Shown: positions 1-8,568, numbered from the stretch's first letter. The stretch is 64,000 nucleotides of DNA from Nitrosopumilus sp. (GCA_965205425.1 CBDBGZ010000007.1:1-64000); one strand, 5' to 3'. Translations and numbers: made by a program. The notes: generated by a model not told the origin, from the letters alone.

Positions 1-977
1 ATGCAGGAAAATATCTTATGATTACATTTCTTTTTGATTTCTTGAGAAATTCTTTTACTCTGACACTTTTGTGGTATGATGCATTGTCTGCAAATAATAA
101 CAGTTTCTTACCAAATTGTTTCTGCAGTGATTCTAAAAAATCAAGAAATGAGTCTGTGTTTGATTTATCATAGAATCTGCAAAAAAATACGCCGTCATCC
201 CCCAATGCACCAAATGATTGAAATTTTTCTCGAGTGTAATTAATTGGTGTGGTAATGTTATTGCCTGCAAGATACCATCCGCGCTTTATGTTAGGTGCTA
301 TCTTGTTTGTTGACTCATCCAGACATAGTGTGATATGTCCCAATTTGGAATATTTTTTGATACTCCTTTTTGCGTTTTTTTAAAACGGGTTTGTTCCTCT
401 TTTGAGGCTGATTTATGATGTGTGGGACGTGGTTTTTTTGATGAAAATCCAATCCTGTGCAGCAATTCACGCATTCCTCTTGCAGAGTATAGGGTGTTGT
501 ATTTTTTATTCACATGTGTAATTACCATTCTTGTACTCCACATGAATTGATTAAATCCAAACTTTTCTGGACCTGAAATCAGATCATTTCTTAATGATAC
601 TAGCTGTTTTTCATTTAGAAAACATCTAGAACCAGAATATTTCTTGCGGCGTGATGCAGATATTCCCTCTTCATCCATTCGATTTAGCCAGTAGGACAGA
701 GTTGATGGTATGACATCCAGACTTGCACATATCACAGAATACGGAATATTTTGTTTTCTTAGTATTGCAGCCTTTAATCTTATCTTTGCTTTTGCATTTT
801 TTTCATTCTTGCATACTTTTCTTAAAAAATTAATGCTTGTACCTTTCATGAATTGATTTCCAGAGGAAACCTTGGATTGTCTTGTACTCTTTGACATGGT
901 TTCATGAATTGATTCTACGATCTAGATCTTTTGAGTTAAAATACTTGACAGTTTATTCAAAATTTATATGCCTAAAC
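1..977 (-). mobile_element. IS630-family element, copy 1 (runs off the window start)
   Basis: Close match to 5210-6351. Ends ...ATGCCTAAAC followed by TA (978-979). OrfA 298-897 (HTH); the DDE OrfB continues in the -1 frame past position 1. Confidence 0.93.
298..897 (-). CDS. IS630 transposase OrfA (HTH part; likely fused to OrfB by -1 frameshift at the A7 run, 375-381)
   Basis: Motifs WST..VITHV, LLHRIGFSSKKPRP and terminal FKK(T), typical of split IS630 genes. Confidence 0.9.
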   Translation of the reverse strand: MSKSTRQSKVSSGNQFMKGTSINFLRKVCKNEKNAKAKIRLKAAILRKQNIPYSVICASLDVIPSTLSYWLNRMDEEGISASRRKKYSGSRCFLNEKQLVSLRNDLISGPEKFGFNQFMWSTRMVITHVNKKYNTLYSARGMRELLHRIGFSSKKPRPTHHKSASKEEQTRFKKTQKGVSKNIPNWDISHYVWMSQQTR

Positions 978-1228
978 TATATTGCTTCAACTACTGCATC
1001 TGCACCCTTGTCGAGTGTTGGTCCAAAGGATTTTTCTAGTCTTGATTTTATTCTGTCTTTTTTAGCCTCAAACATTGCAGCCATTGCAGCTTTATGCCAC
1101 ATGATTTCAGCAAATTTTAGCATATCTTGGCCTGAGGGGCATTCGCAGCCTCCATCACAACAAGAGTCAGATTCACAACTGTTTGAATTTGTGCCTGAAG
1201 TTGAGCATTGTGGTCCGTTACATTCCAT
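977..1228 (-). CDS. Protein with Cys-rich N-terminus, 3'-truncated by IS630
   Basis: GGAGGTGA Shine-Dalgarno (1234-1241) precedes ATG 1228 (MECNGPQC...SCCDGGCECP). The stop TAG is formed by the target TA plus the IS end. Confidence 0.7.
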   Translation of the reverse strand: MECNGPQCSTSGTNSNSCESDSCCDGGCECPSGQDMLKFAEIMWHKAAMAAMFEAKKDRIKSRLEKSFGPTLDKGADAVVEAI

Positions 1229-1364
1229 ACATTTCACCTCCTGGTCTTTGGAGTAAGGTTAGAGTGAGTGTGACATTGCTTGGGGGCATTGGCGTGAAGT
1301 TTTCTAGAACATACTTGAAAGTTTCTGTTCTTTTGTCGTTGTTTTTTGTTGTCATTCTCATCTA

Positions 1365-1381
1365 ACTTACCTTAAGTAAGT
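1365..1381. promoter_or_regulatory. Putative HxlR operator ACTTAC-N5-GTAAGT
   Basis: Inverted repeat between divergent genes; shares TAACTTACCTTA with the site at 2151. Confidence 0.5.
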
Positions 1382-1481
1382 AGATACCAATAGTATATTT
1401 ATAGTAGAAAGTGAAATGATGGAAATCAACTTTCCATTTGGTAACTATACAACTTAACTTCTTTGTTGTTATGTAACTATT

Positions 1482-1655
1482 ATGGGACAAGTTTGTAAAG
1501 GAATTTGTGAAAGATACACTGGAGAAAAAATTGCCAATGGTTTGAAATATTCTTCAGGTTACAAAAGATGTACCAACTGTTCTTTGTTTGTAAAAACTAT
1601 TGAGATAAGATGTCCATGTTGTCATGCAAAGCTTAGAACAAGATCTAGAAATTAA
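1482..1655 (+). CDS. 57-aa Cys-rich zinc-binding microprotein (absent from ORF track)
   Basis: MGQVCKGICERY...KRCTNC...RCPCCHAKLRTRSRN*; resembles small CxGxC/CxxC/CPCC proteins of Thaumarchaeota. Confidence 0.8.
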   Translation: MGQVCKGICERYTGEKIANGLKYSSGYKRCTNCSLFVKTIEIRCPCCHAKLRTRSRN

Positions 1656-2092
1656 TTTAATACTGTTAGTGGTTCTTTGAATACTTGTTTTAGCTTACGA
1701 GGTTTTCCATCTTTGAAAACTTCTTTTGCAAAATGTTTCATTGAAAAAGCTGCCATCTGACCTAGTATTCCGGTTAAATCTTCTCCTTTCTTTGTTAATT
1801 TGTATTCTACTCTGATTGGTACTTCATCATACACTGTACGTGAAATAAGATTTGCCTTTTCCATTTCTTTTAATCTGGCTGATAATGTTTTTGGATTTGA
1901 ATCTTCAATGTTGTCTAAGAGTTGATTGAATCTTGTTTGTCCCATTATTGCCATGTTGCGAATAATATGAATGGTAAATTTTTTTCCAATAATTTTAAAC
2001 GTATTATCAATTGGACAACACTTCATCATGTCTGCTGAAGAACAATTCATCATTTCTGCTGCAGTACAATTTTCTGCTTCCTTTGATGCCAT
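1652..2092 (-). CDS. HxlR/DUF24 (MarR-type) winged-helix redox regulator
   Basis: CPI....IIGKK, RFNQL, KTLSARLKEME, YDEVPIRVEYKLT..G signature. Confidence 0.93.
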   Translation of the reverse strand: MASKEAENCTAAEMMNCSSADMMKCCPIDNTFKIIGKKFTIHIIRNMAIMGQTRFNQLLDNIEDSNPKTLSARLKEMEKANLISRTVYDEVPIRVEYKLTKKGEDLTGILGQMAAFSMKHFAKEVFKDGKPRKLKQVFKEPLTVLN

Positions 2093-2151
2093 GTTTTATT
2101 CTTTGATTAATCATATTTATACTTACTTTATTATAGTTAATGAAAATTAGT

Positions 2152-2171
2152 AACTTACCTTATGGTAAGTT
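2152..2171. promoter_or_regulatory. Putative HxlR operator AACTTACC-TTAT-GGTAAGTT
   Basis: Perfect 8-bp inverted repeat in the hxlR/pirin divergent intergenic region. Confidence 0.6.
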
Positions 2172-2216
2172 GATATCATTTAATTCACTGCCCAATTAAT
2201 ATAGCCTTTAGTATAC

Positions 2217-2237
2217 TAACTATACTATGTATAGTTA
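2217..2237. promoter_or_regulatory. Putative operator TAACTATAC-TAT-GTATAGTTA
   Basis: Perfect 9-bp inverted repeat upstream of the pirin gene. Confidence 0.55.
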
Positions 2238-2324
2238 CAAAACACAAAATCAAAGGAAAATTAGTCACAAAAATGGCAAATTATTACGTCTTGTAGTATC
2301 ACTGGCCCTTGGGAGGTTATTCTA

Positions 2325-2999
2325 GTGACGCTACAAGTATTGCACAGAGATGATCTCAAACTTGGTGGTTTTGCAGGAATCAGAGAACATCGCCTTGTAG
2401 TTGATCCTAAAGTTTTTGGATTTACTGATTCAGGTGCATGGCCTGGAATTGGAAATTTTGTTTATCTAGCTGATGCAAAATTTATTCCAAATGGTGAAAC
2501 ACATCTACATCCTCACAAGGAAATTGATGTGATTTCAGTAATTGTTGATGGACGAATCTCACACAAAGGAACACTAGAGGAAGGAAATACAATTGAGGCA
2601 AATCATGTACAAGTTCAACGTGCAGGTGCTGAAGGATTTTTGCACAATGAAGTAAATCCTGATGATAAGGAAAATAGAATGATTCAGATATGGATAACTC
2701 CTGAAAAATCAGGAGAACCTGCAGGATACAAATCATATTCCTTACAAAAGGGAGTAACTCGTGTATATGGTGGGGATTCAAACCAAGATGAAACATTTGC
2801 TAGTAAAACAATACTTGATGTTGGACTAGTTGATGCAAAACAAACCATATCACTTGATGGTGAATTTATTGCATATGTTACTCTGGGTAATGGAATTCTA
2901 AATGGAGACAAAGTAACAAATGGTGATTTGATTCGTGGAAATGACATATCATTTCAAGCTGAAACAAATTCTCAAATAATTATTGTGAGGAAAATTTAG
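2325..2999 (+). CDS. Pirin-family (cupin) protein
   Basis: HPHKEIDVIS, QRAGAEGFLHNEVN and IQIWI motifs; GGGAGG upstream of the GTG start. Confidence 0.92.
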   Translation: MTLQVLHRDDLKLGGFAGIREHRLVVDPKVFGFTDSGAWPGIGNFVYLADAKFIPNGETHLHPHKEIDVISVIVDGRISHKGTLEEGNTIEANHVQVQRAGAEGFLHNEVNPDDKENRMIQIWITPEKSGEPAGYKSYSLQKGVTRVYGGDSNQDETFASKTILDVGLVDAKQTISLDGEFIAYVTLGNGILNGDKVTNGDLIRGNDISFQAETNSQIIIVRKI

Positions 3000-3013
3000 A
3001 GGGGAAAATTATA

Positions 3014-3325
3014 GTGAACGAAATAAAAAATTCACAGCAGTTTGAACAACAGGTTCTAAACTCTACCAATCCAGTCTTTGTTGACTTTTGGGCAGAGTGG
3101 TGTGGTCCATGTAGGTCCGTATCGCCTGTTGTCGAGGAGCTTGCAGGTGAATATGATGGCAAAGTAGATTTTGTCAAGATCAACGTTGATGAAAATGGTG
3201 AGCTTGCACAAAAATACAATGTCTTTAGTATTCCTACCCTTGCTATTTTCAAAAATGGTGAGGTAGTATCCCAAAAGGTGGGAGCTTCTACAAAAGAATC
3301 ATTTCAAACCATGATGGATAGTTGA
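3014..3325 (+). CDS. trxA: Thioredoxin
   Basis: VDFWAEWCGPC and SIPT. The stop codon straddles the end of the adjacent IS. Confidence 0.97.
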   Translation: MNEIKNSQQFEQQVLNSTNPVFVDFWAEWCGPCRSVSPVVEELAGEYDGKVDFVKINVDENGELAQKYNVFSIPTLAIFKNGEVVSQKVGASTKESFQTMMDS

Positions 3326-4475
3326 GACATGGGCATAACTAATTCTAATTTTTGAGTCAATTCTCAAATTATTCAAATAGAAAAAGCTAAGGATCTTATC
3401 ATGTTTTGTTCATTGTAATGTCAAAACAAATGAAAATCCCTAGGGCAAGATTCTATCGGAATCATTTCTTATTGGTATGTTACATTTGGTGGGAATGTTG
3501 TCTTTGTGTGAGGAGATACTGAAACCTGGTAGACCGTACGTATACTCTACAATTCTGATGGTACAACTGTCCATCATAAAGTCATGGATGAGAATTCCAA
3601 GCAACAATACATTACATTATTTCCTTTTGACTAAAGGTATCAATGATAAATTGCTCAAGGTTTGCAGACTAACTCAAATCCCAAACAGAAGAACCATTGA
3701 CAGGAGATTCCAAGTTCTGCCAATTGGTGATATAATCAGTAATATGGGAAGTCTGTTTGTATCATAGAAACTAGTCGATGACATATCTGCATCAGTGGAT
3801 AGTTCCATGCTAAAAGCAGATGGTCCAGTATGGCACAAGTCAGATATGAAAAAGAATAGAATTCCAATCTCAGGAATTGACACAGATGCAAAATGGGGTT
3901 TTTCAAAATCAAAGGGTTGGGTATTTGGGTACAAACTGCATATGAGTTGTAGTACTGGCAAACTGGTTGTCCCACTATCTGCTGATGTCTCAACTGCAAA
4001 TGTTTCTGATGGTAAAATATATTATACAATAGTTGAATCGCTTTCAGGACTGGTTGGGAATATTTTATGTGATGTGCCATATGATGATAAATCATTATAT
4101 CAGTTTAGTGATGAGAGACATTTGAGATTGATTTGTCCTATCAAAATATATCCATCAACACCGCCAGAGCGAATCAAACTTGCAGATTTTTATAATTCTG
4201 TACAAGGTCAAGAGTTGTACTCACAAAGAAAAGTCTCAATTGAACCTTTATTTGAAATATTCAAAGATACGTTCAACATTAGAACTGTACATGTGAAAGG
4301 ATTTGACAACGTGAAATCATTTGTATTGGTTTGTGTTCTTGTGTATCAGTTGACAGTGTATTACAACTGTATAATTGGAGCAGAAAATCCAAGAACTGTA
4401 AAGAGAATGCTTTGCTGTTAGAGAATTTAGAATGAAATTAGATTTTATTTTTGTAAATCATTATGCCCAAGTCTC
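3324..4475 (+). mobile_element. IS with DDE_Tnp_1-type transposase (IS4/IS5/IS982-like; family uncertain)
   Basis: Terminal inverted repeats GAGACATGGGCATAA / GAGACTTGGGCATAA; no target duplication seen. Confidence 0.85.
3477..4421 (+). pseudogene. Transposase pseudogene (in-frame TAG at 3765-3767)
   Basis: ORFs 3477-3767 and 3795-4421 share one frame; VDSS, DAKWG, FGYKLH, ANVSD and R.SIEPLF motifs. Confidence 0.88.
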
Positions 4476-4583
4476 AGATAACTCAATTATGTTGATTGTT
4501 TTTTCCAATTATCTTTTCCGGAAATTATTGTTTTTTCCAATAATTACTCAAAAATAGTTGGTGGTAATAGGTTTACAATCACC
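4476..4583 (-). mobile_element. 5'-end remnant of IS1595-like element carrying a 32-bp insertion
   Basis: Reverse complement of 22134-22209 apart from the insertion at 4510-4541. Confidence 0.8.
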
Positions 4584-4691
4584 AATAATTTTATGCCTGG
4601 AATTTACCTTTGGTGAGAGGGGTTTAGCTTTTAGGCATGAAATAGATTTTTCTAAAAAACCATTAAATAATATGTCTATCTATAGATATAC

Positions 4692-4928
4692 ATGGAACAA
4701 ACAAGTATTGCAGTTTCAAAAAAATCAAAAGAAGAATGGGAGAAATTCAAGAACTATCCTGGCGAATCAATGGAAACTATGATTAATCGAATTCTAAAAC
4801 ACCAGAAAGAAGAGGATGAGGAATTACTTACAGAAAAGGAAATTGCTGAGATAAAAGCATCAGTTGCAGACATTGAACAAGGTAACTATATCACACAAGA
4901 ACAGATGAAAAAAAAATACGGATTGTAA
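4692..4928 (+). CDS. Putative antitoxin (RHH-like N-terminus)
   Basis: TSIAVSK...PGESMETMINR, acidic C-terminal half; directly upstream of a RelE-like gene. Confidence 0.75.
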   Translation: MEQTSIAVSKKSKEEWEKFKNYPGESMETMINRILKHQKEEDEELLTEKEIAEIKASVADIEQGNYITQEQMKKKYGL

Positions 4929-4929
4929 T

Positions 4930-5190
4930 TTGACAGTTATTTGGAAAATCATTTATTCTGACAAAGCCCAAAAAGATCTGGATCATATTGGTCCAGACAT
5001 TGCAAAAAAAGTAATCTTGTTGATGGATGAAATTGCATTGGATCCCTATGGGTTGCTTGAAAAGATGACAAACTCACCCTTTCATAAATTTCGTATTGGA
5101 CAATATCGTGGGATTGTACATGTCATAAATGACAAACTCATTTTGCATATATTCAAAATAAAACATCGCTCCCAAGTCTACAAAGAATGA
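4930..5190 (+). CDS. RelE/ParE-family toxin
   Basis: WKIIYSDKAQKDL...KFRIGQYR...IKHRSQVY. Confidence 0.88.
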   Translation: MTVIWKIIYSDKAQKDLDHIGPDIAKKVILLMDEIALDPYGLLEKMTNSPFHKFRIGQYRGIVHVINDKLILHIFKIKHRSQVYKE

Positions 5191-5209
5191 TTTTGATATG
5201 CTACATATA

Positions 5210-6351
5210 GTTAAGGCATTAAATATTTGAATAATTTCACAACTCGAACGTCTCCATTATCTAGTCTCTTCTGCATGTGTTTTCTCATCTCAGTTCCATT
5301 TGCAAAGAATGTATTGGCATTACCATTTTTCTCTTCTCTCCACTGTACCTCAATTGGATTGAGTTCTGGGGTGTATGCAGGAAAATATCTTATGATTACA
5401 TTTCTTTTTGATTTCTTGAGAAATTCTTTTACTCTGACACTTTTGTGGTATGATGCATTGTCTGCAAATAATAACAGTTTCTTGCCAAATTGTTTCTGCA
5501 AGGATTTTAAGAAATCAAGAAATGAATCCGTATTTGATTTATCATAGAACCTACAGTAAAACACATCATCATCCCCCAATGCACCAAAGGATTGAAACTT
5601 TTCTCGAGTGTAATTAATTGGTGTGGTAATATTATTGCCTGCAAGATACCATCCACGCTTTATGTTAGGTGCTATCTTGTTTGTTGACTCATCCAGACAT
5701 AGTGTGGTGTATCCCAATTTGGAATATTTTTTGATACTCCTTTTTGCGTTTTTTTAAAACGGGTTTGTTCCTCTTTTGAGGCTGATTTATGATGTGTGGG
5801 ACGTGGTTTTTTAGATGAAAATCCAATCCTGTGCAGCAATTCACGCATTCCTCTTGCAGAGTATAGGGTGTTATATTTTTTATTCACATGTGTAATTACC
5901 ATTCTTGTACTCCACATGAATTGATTAAATCCAAACTTTTCTGGACCTGAAATCAAATCATTTCTTAATGATACTAGTTGTTTTTTATCTAAGAAACATC
6001 TAGAACCAGAATATTCCTTACGGCGTGATGCAGATATTCCCTCTTCATCCATGTTATTTAACCAGTAACTAAGAGTAGATGGTATGACATCAAGACTGAC
6101 ACATATTTGAGAACATGTCATGTTTTGTTTGCGTAGAATTGCAGCCTTTAATCTTATCTTTGCTTTTGCATTTTTTTCATTCTTGCATACTTTTCTTAAA
6201 AAATTAATGCTTGTACCTTTCATGAATTGATTTCCAGAGGAAACCTTGGATTGTCTTGTACTCTTTGACATGGTTTCATGAATTGATTCTACGATCTAGA
6301 TCTTTTGGGTTAAAATACTTGACAGTTTATTCAAAATTTATATGCCTAAAC
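5210..6351 (-). mobile_element. IS630-family element, copy 2 (complete)
   Basis: Imperfect TIRs GTTAAGGCATTAAATATTTGAATAA / GTTTAGGCATATAAATTTTGAATAA; TA at 5208-5209 and 6352-6353. Confidence 0.95.
5211..6271 (-). CDS. IS630 transposase (OrfA 5672-6271 + OrfB; -1 frameshift at A7 run 5749-5755)
   Basis: LDES, ADNASYH and PAYTPELNPIE form the DDE triad. Confidence 0.92.
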
Positions 6352-7197
6352 TATCGAAGACCAATCTTTGATACTATCTTGTTCACTCTGGATTTGACTC
6401 CTCTCTGTCCTAGCCTAAATGGAATATCCTTTCTTACAGATGCCAGTAATGGATCATCGGGTTTTGGATCTTTAAGAAATCTGTCCTTCCATTCTTTTTT
6501 GTAACATGATAACATGTTACATGCCTCTGGTGTGATAAATGTCCAGTACTGTTCTGGATCACCACGATATACACACAAAGCAGCTCCCTTGTAGTTTTCT
6601 GATTTGTCAGTGAAAAACGTAACATCCTTCCATGTAAAATAATCCCATGCCTCTACTCTGAATCCTCCAGAGGATGCCATGAGGATTATAACCTTGTCTG
6701 TAACGCTAGAGCATTGCTGTATCATGTCTCCAATCTCTTCTCTGGTATATGCCCTGTCTTGTGTTTTAGTTTCTCTTGGAAGCATCTTTCTTATCAGTGT
6801 CCAAGAAATATCAATCTCGTTTGATACAAGTAATGCTCTGATGGGCTTTAGCTTGTTTGGTACGCTGTTTGCACCAATCTTGTCATTTTCTACCCATCTC
6901 TTTGAGATGTTTTACATAGGTCTTGATAGCTGCTTTGATTGGCATCATGTCTTGTTTTGCCAGACCAACAAAAGATTCTGAGAGATCTTCCAAGTCTCGT
7001 GATCTTGGTTTCTCGTCTAAATATTGCATGAAAAAATCATCAGGAATTTTTTCTAGGAATTGCTTTAGGTCTCTGCTGTATCCACGTCTGGTCTCGTTGC
7101 TTTTGATGGACTCGACAAAGTTGGAATGTGCACTGCCTTTCATGTCCTCTACCTTGATATCCATGTAATTATTAGAGCTGGGTCTTATTTTTATCAC
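6351..7197 (-). pseudogene. Tyrosine integrase, frameshifted and IS-truncated
   Basis: DRAYTREEI and ILMASSGGFRVEA (box I Arg). Removing one G from ATGGGTAGAA (6893-6895) joins the two ORFs. The HxxR/Tyr C-terminus is cut off by IS630. Confidence 0.88.
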
Positions 7198-7207
7198 TAA
7201 AAGGGAG

Positions 7208-7281
7208 CGGGTCTAAAGGGATTCGGACCCTTGACAACCGGATTAAGAGTCCGGTGCGCTACCTGGCTGCGCCATAGACCC
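7208..7281 (-). tRNA. tRNA-Lys(CTT)
   Basis: GGGTCTA/TAGACCC acceptor stem; anticodon arm CCGGA-CT-CTT-AA-TCCGG. Confidence 0.96.
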
Positions 7282-7346
7282 ACCAAAACAGATATGCCTA
7301 GAGTTGTTATTAATCTTAAGATCTTAAAATAAATGAAAATTTAGTT

Positions 7347-7943
7347 TTATGCTTTAGCTTCAATTTCATTGTACTTTTCAATGATTGCTGTAAGTGCAGT
7401 TGAAACTGGAACATCGTTCATCTTTTTCTTTTCGGCTAGAAGTTTTTGGTATGCATCTAGTGTAATGTACACTGGAATTGAACCATTTCCTTCTAATAAT
7501 CCTCTAACGTTGTATAGAGCAGTTTCCATTCCTTTTTCAGCAGATTTTGCAAATTTTGCTTTATCCAAGATTGCTCCGAGAGGACCAAATGGCATATCAT
7601 AATCTACTGACATGGTTACTCTTGTAAGATTATTACCTAATGCTTTGAATTCATTGGTAATTTGCCAGTTCTTGAAAGGACCTTCAATTTGTTTGGCAGT
7701 GATTTTTTCATTTTTGATGAATTCAGTTGTTTCACAATCCCACTCTAAACGTTTTCCGCTAAAGTCACCGATAATTCTAAAGGTTGTACCAACACCCATT
7801 CCTTCTTTGATATCCATAGGAACGACAGTCATGCCTACTGTATCATTTTTAATTTGATCAGAAACGTGTTCTGGTCTTGCAAAGTATGTGAAAACATTCT
7901 CTACAGGTGTTTTAATATCGATTGATTTTGTTACGAGGGTCAA
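7347..7943 (-). CDS. SRPBCC (START/cyclase) protein with C-terminal extension
   Basis: KSIDIKTPVENVF, QIEGPFK, DYDMPFGPLG. Confidence 0.85.
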   Translation of the reverse strand: MTLVTKSIDIKTPVENVFTYFARPEHVSDQIKNDTVGMTVVPMDIKEGMGVGTTFRIIGDFSGKRLEWDCETTEFIKNEKITAKQIEGPFKNWQITNEFKALGNNLTRVTMSVDYDMPFGPLGAILDKAKFAKSAEKGMETALYNVRGLLEGNGSIPVYITLDAYQKLLAEKKKMNDVPVSTALTAIIEKYNEIEAKA

Positions 7944-8040
7944 CGATTGAGTTTCTTGCCAATAAGGATTTAAAGGTTTTGAAGATTTTCCTGAAAGAAT
8001 TGATTTACAATATATTCATCGAGTTTGCATAGTATTCTAA

Positions 8041-8568
8041 ATGGCTAAAAAGCGATCAGTTTTCTTGATCTTGGTTTTAATTTTTTCATCATATTCTGGA
8101 TTTGATTTTGTTTATGCCCATTCAATGTTTAATTCCGCAGAACAGACCTTAGGAGAATATAGAGTTCAAGTAGCCACAGCACCAGAATTTCCACAAATTG
8201 ATGAACCATCTCAATTTCTTATCAAAGTCACAAAGGGATTCGACTATGAAGAAGTGGATAATTTTACTATGGGAATCAGAGTCCACTACAATGGCCAACA
8301 AGTAGATGCAATTCCTCCAACATTAGTAGAAGGATCACATTGGGATTTTGATTATGTTTGGAGAAATATAGGAAACCATATTGTCAGAGTTGATTTGTAT
8401 GATATGGAGGGATCTGATGGAATTCTAACTTATACTTTCAATATGGGAACACAAAGTCCCTTTGGGATGTTATTCATTGCGGCAATTACAACAGGTGCTT
8501 TAGTATTTGTAGGAGTAATGTTGTATATTTACCTGCCAAGGATTTTTAAAAAATCTAATCAGCAATAG
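8041..8568 (+). CDS. Exported, membrane-anchored hypothetical protein
   Basis: Signal peptide ending VYA|H; beta-rich core; C-terminal transmembrane helix. Confidence 0.75.
   Translation: MAKKRSVFLILVLIFSSYSGFDFVYAHSMFNSAEQTLGEYRVQVATAPEFPQIDEPSQFLIKVTKGFDYEEVDNFTMGIRVHYNGQQVDAIPPTLVEGSHWDFDYVWRNIGNHIVRVDLYDMEGSDGILTYTFNMGTQSPFGMLFIAAITTGALVFVGVMLYIYLPRIFKKSNQQ

Noticed and set aside
1218..1361. 47-codon minus-strand ORF (MRMTTKNND...) upstream of the Cys-rich gene as a leader peptide
   Set aside because: No recognisable motif or supporting signal; cannot be told from chance.
882..1365. Plus-strand ORFs 882-1256 and 1183-1365
   Set aside because: Antisense shadows of the Cys-rich gene and IS end. 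The start of 882-1256 is repeated at 6256 only because it is IS sequence.
3765..3767. In-frame TAG as pyrrolysine or programmed read-through
   Set aside because: No pyl genes in the window, and the gene's 5' end also looks frameshifted; simple decay is more likely.
4558..4782. 74-aa ORF
   Set aside because: Begins inside the IS stub and overlaps the antitoxin out of frame.
5190..5209. Continuation of the Cys-rich gene or integrase at the left flank of IS630 copy 2
   Set aside because: Joining the Cys-rich gene at the TA target gives a stop within three codons, and the flank shows no integrase motifs.
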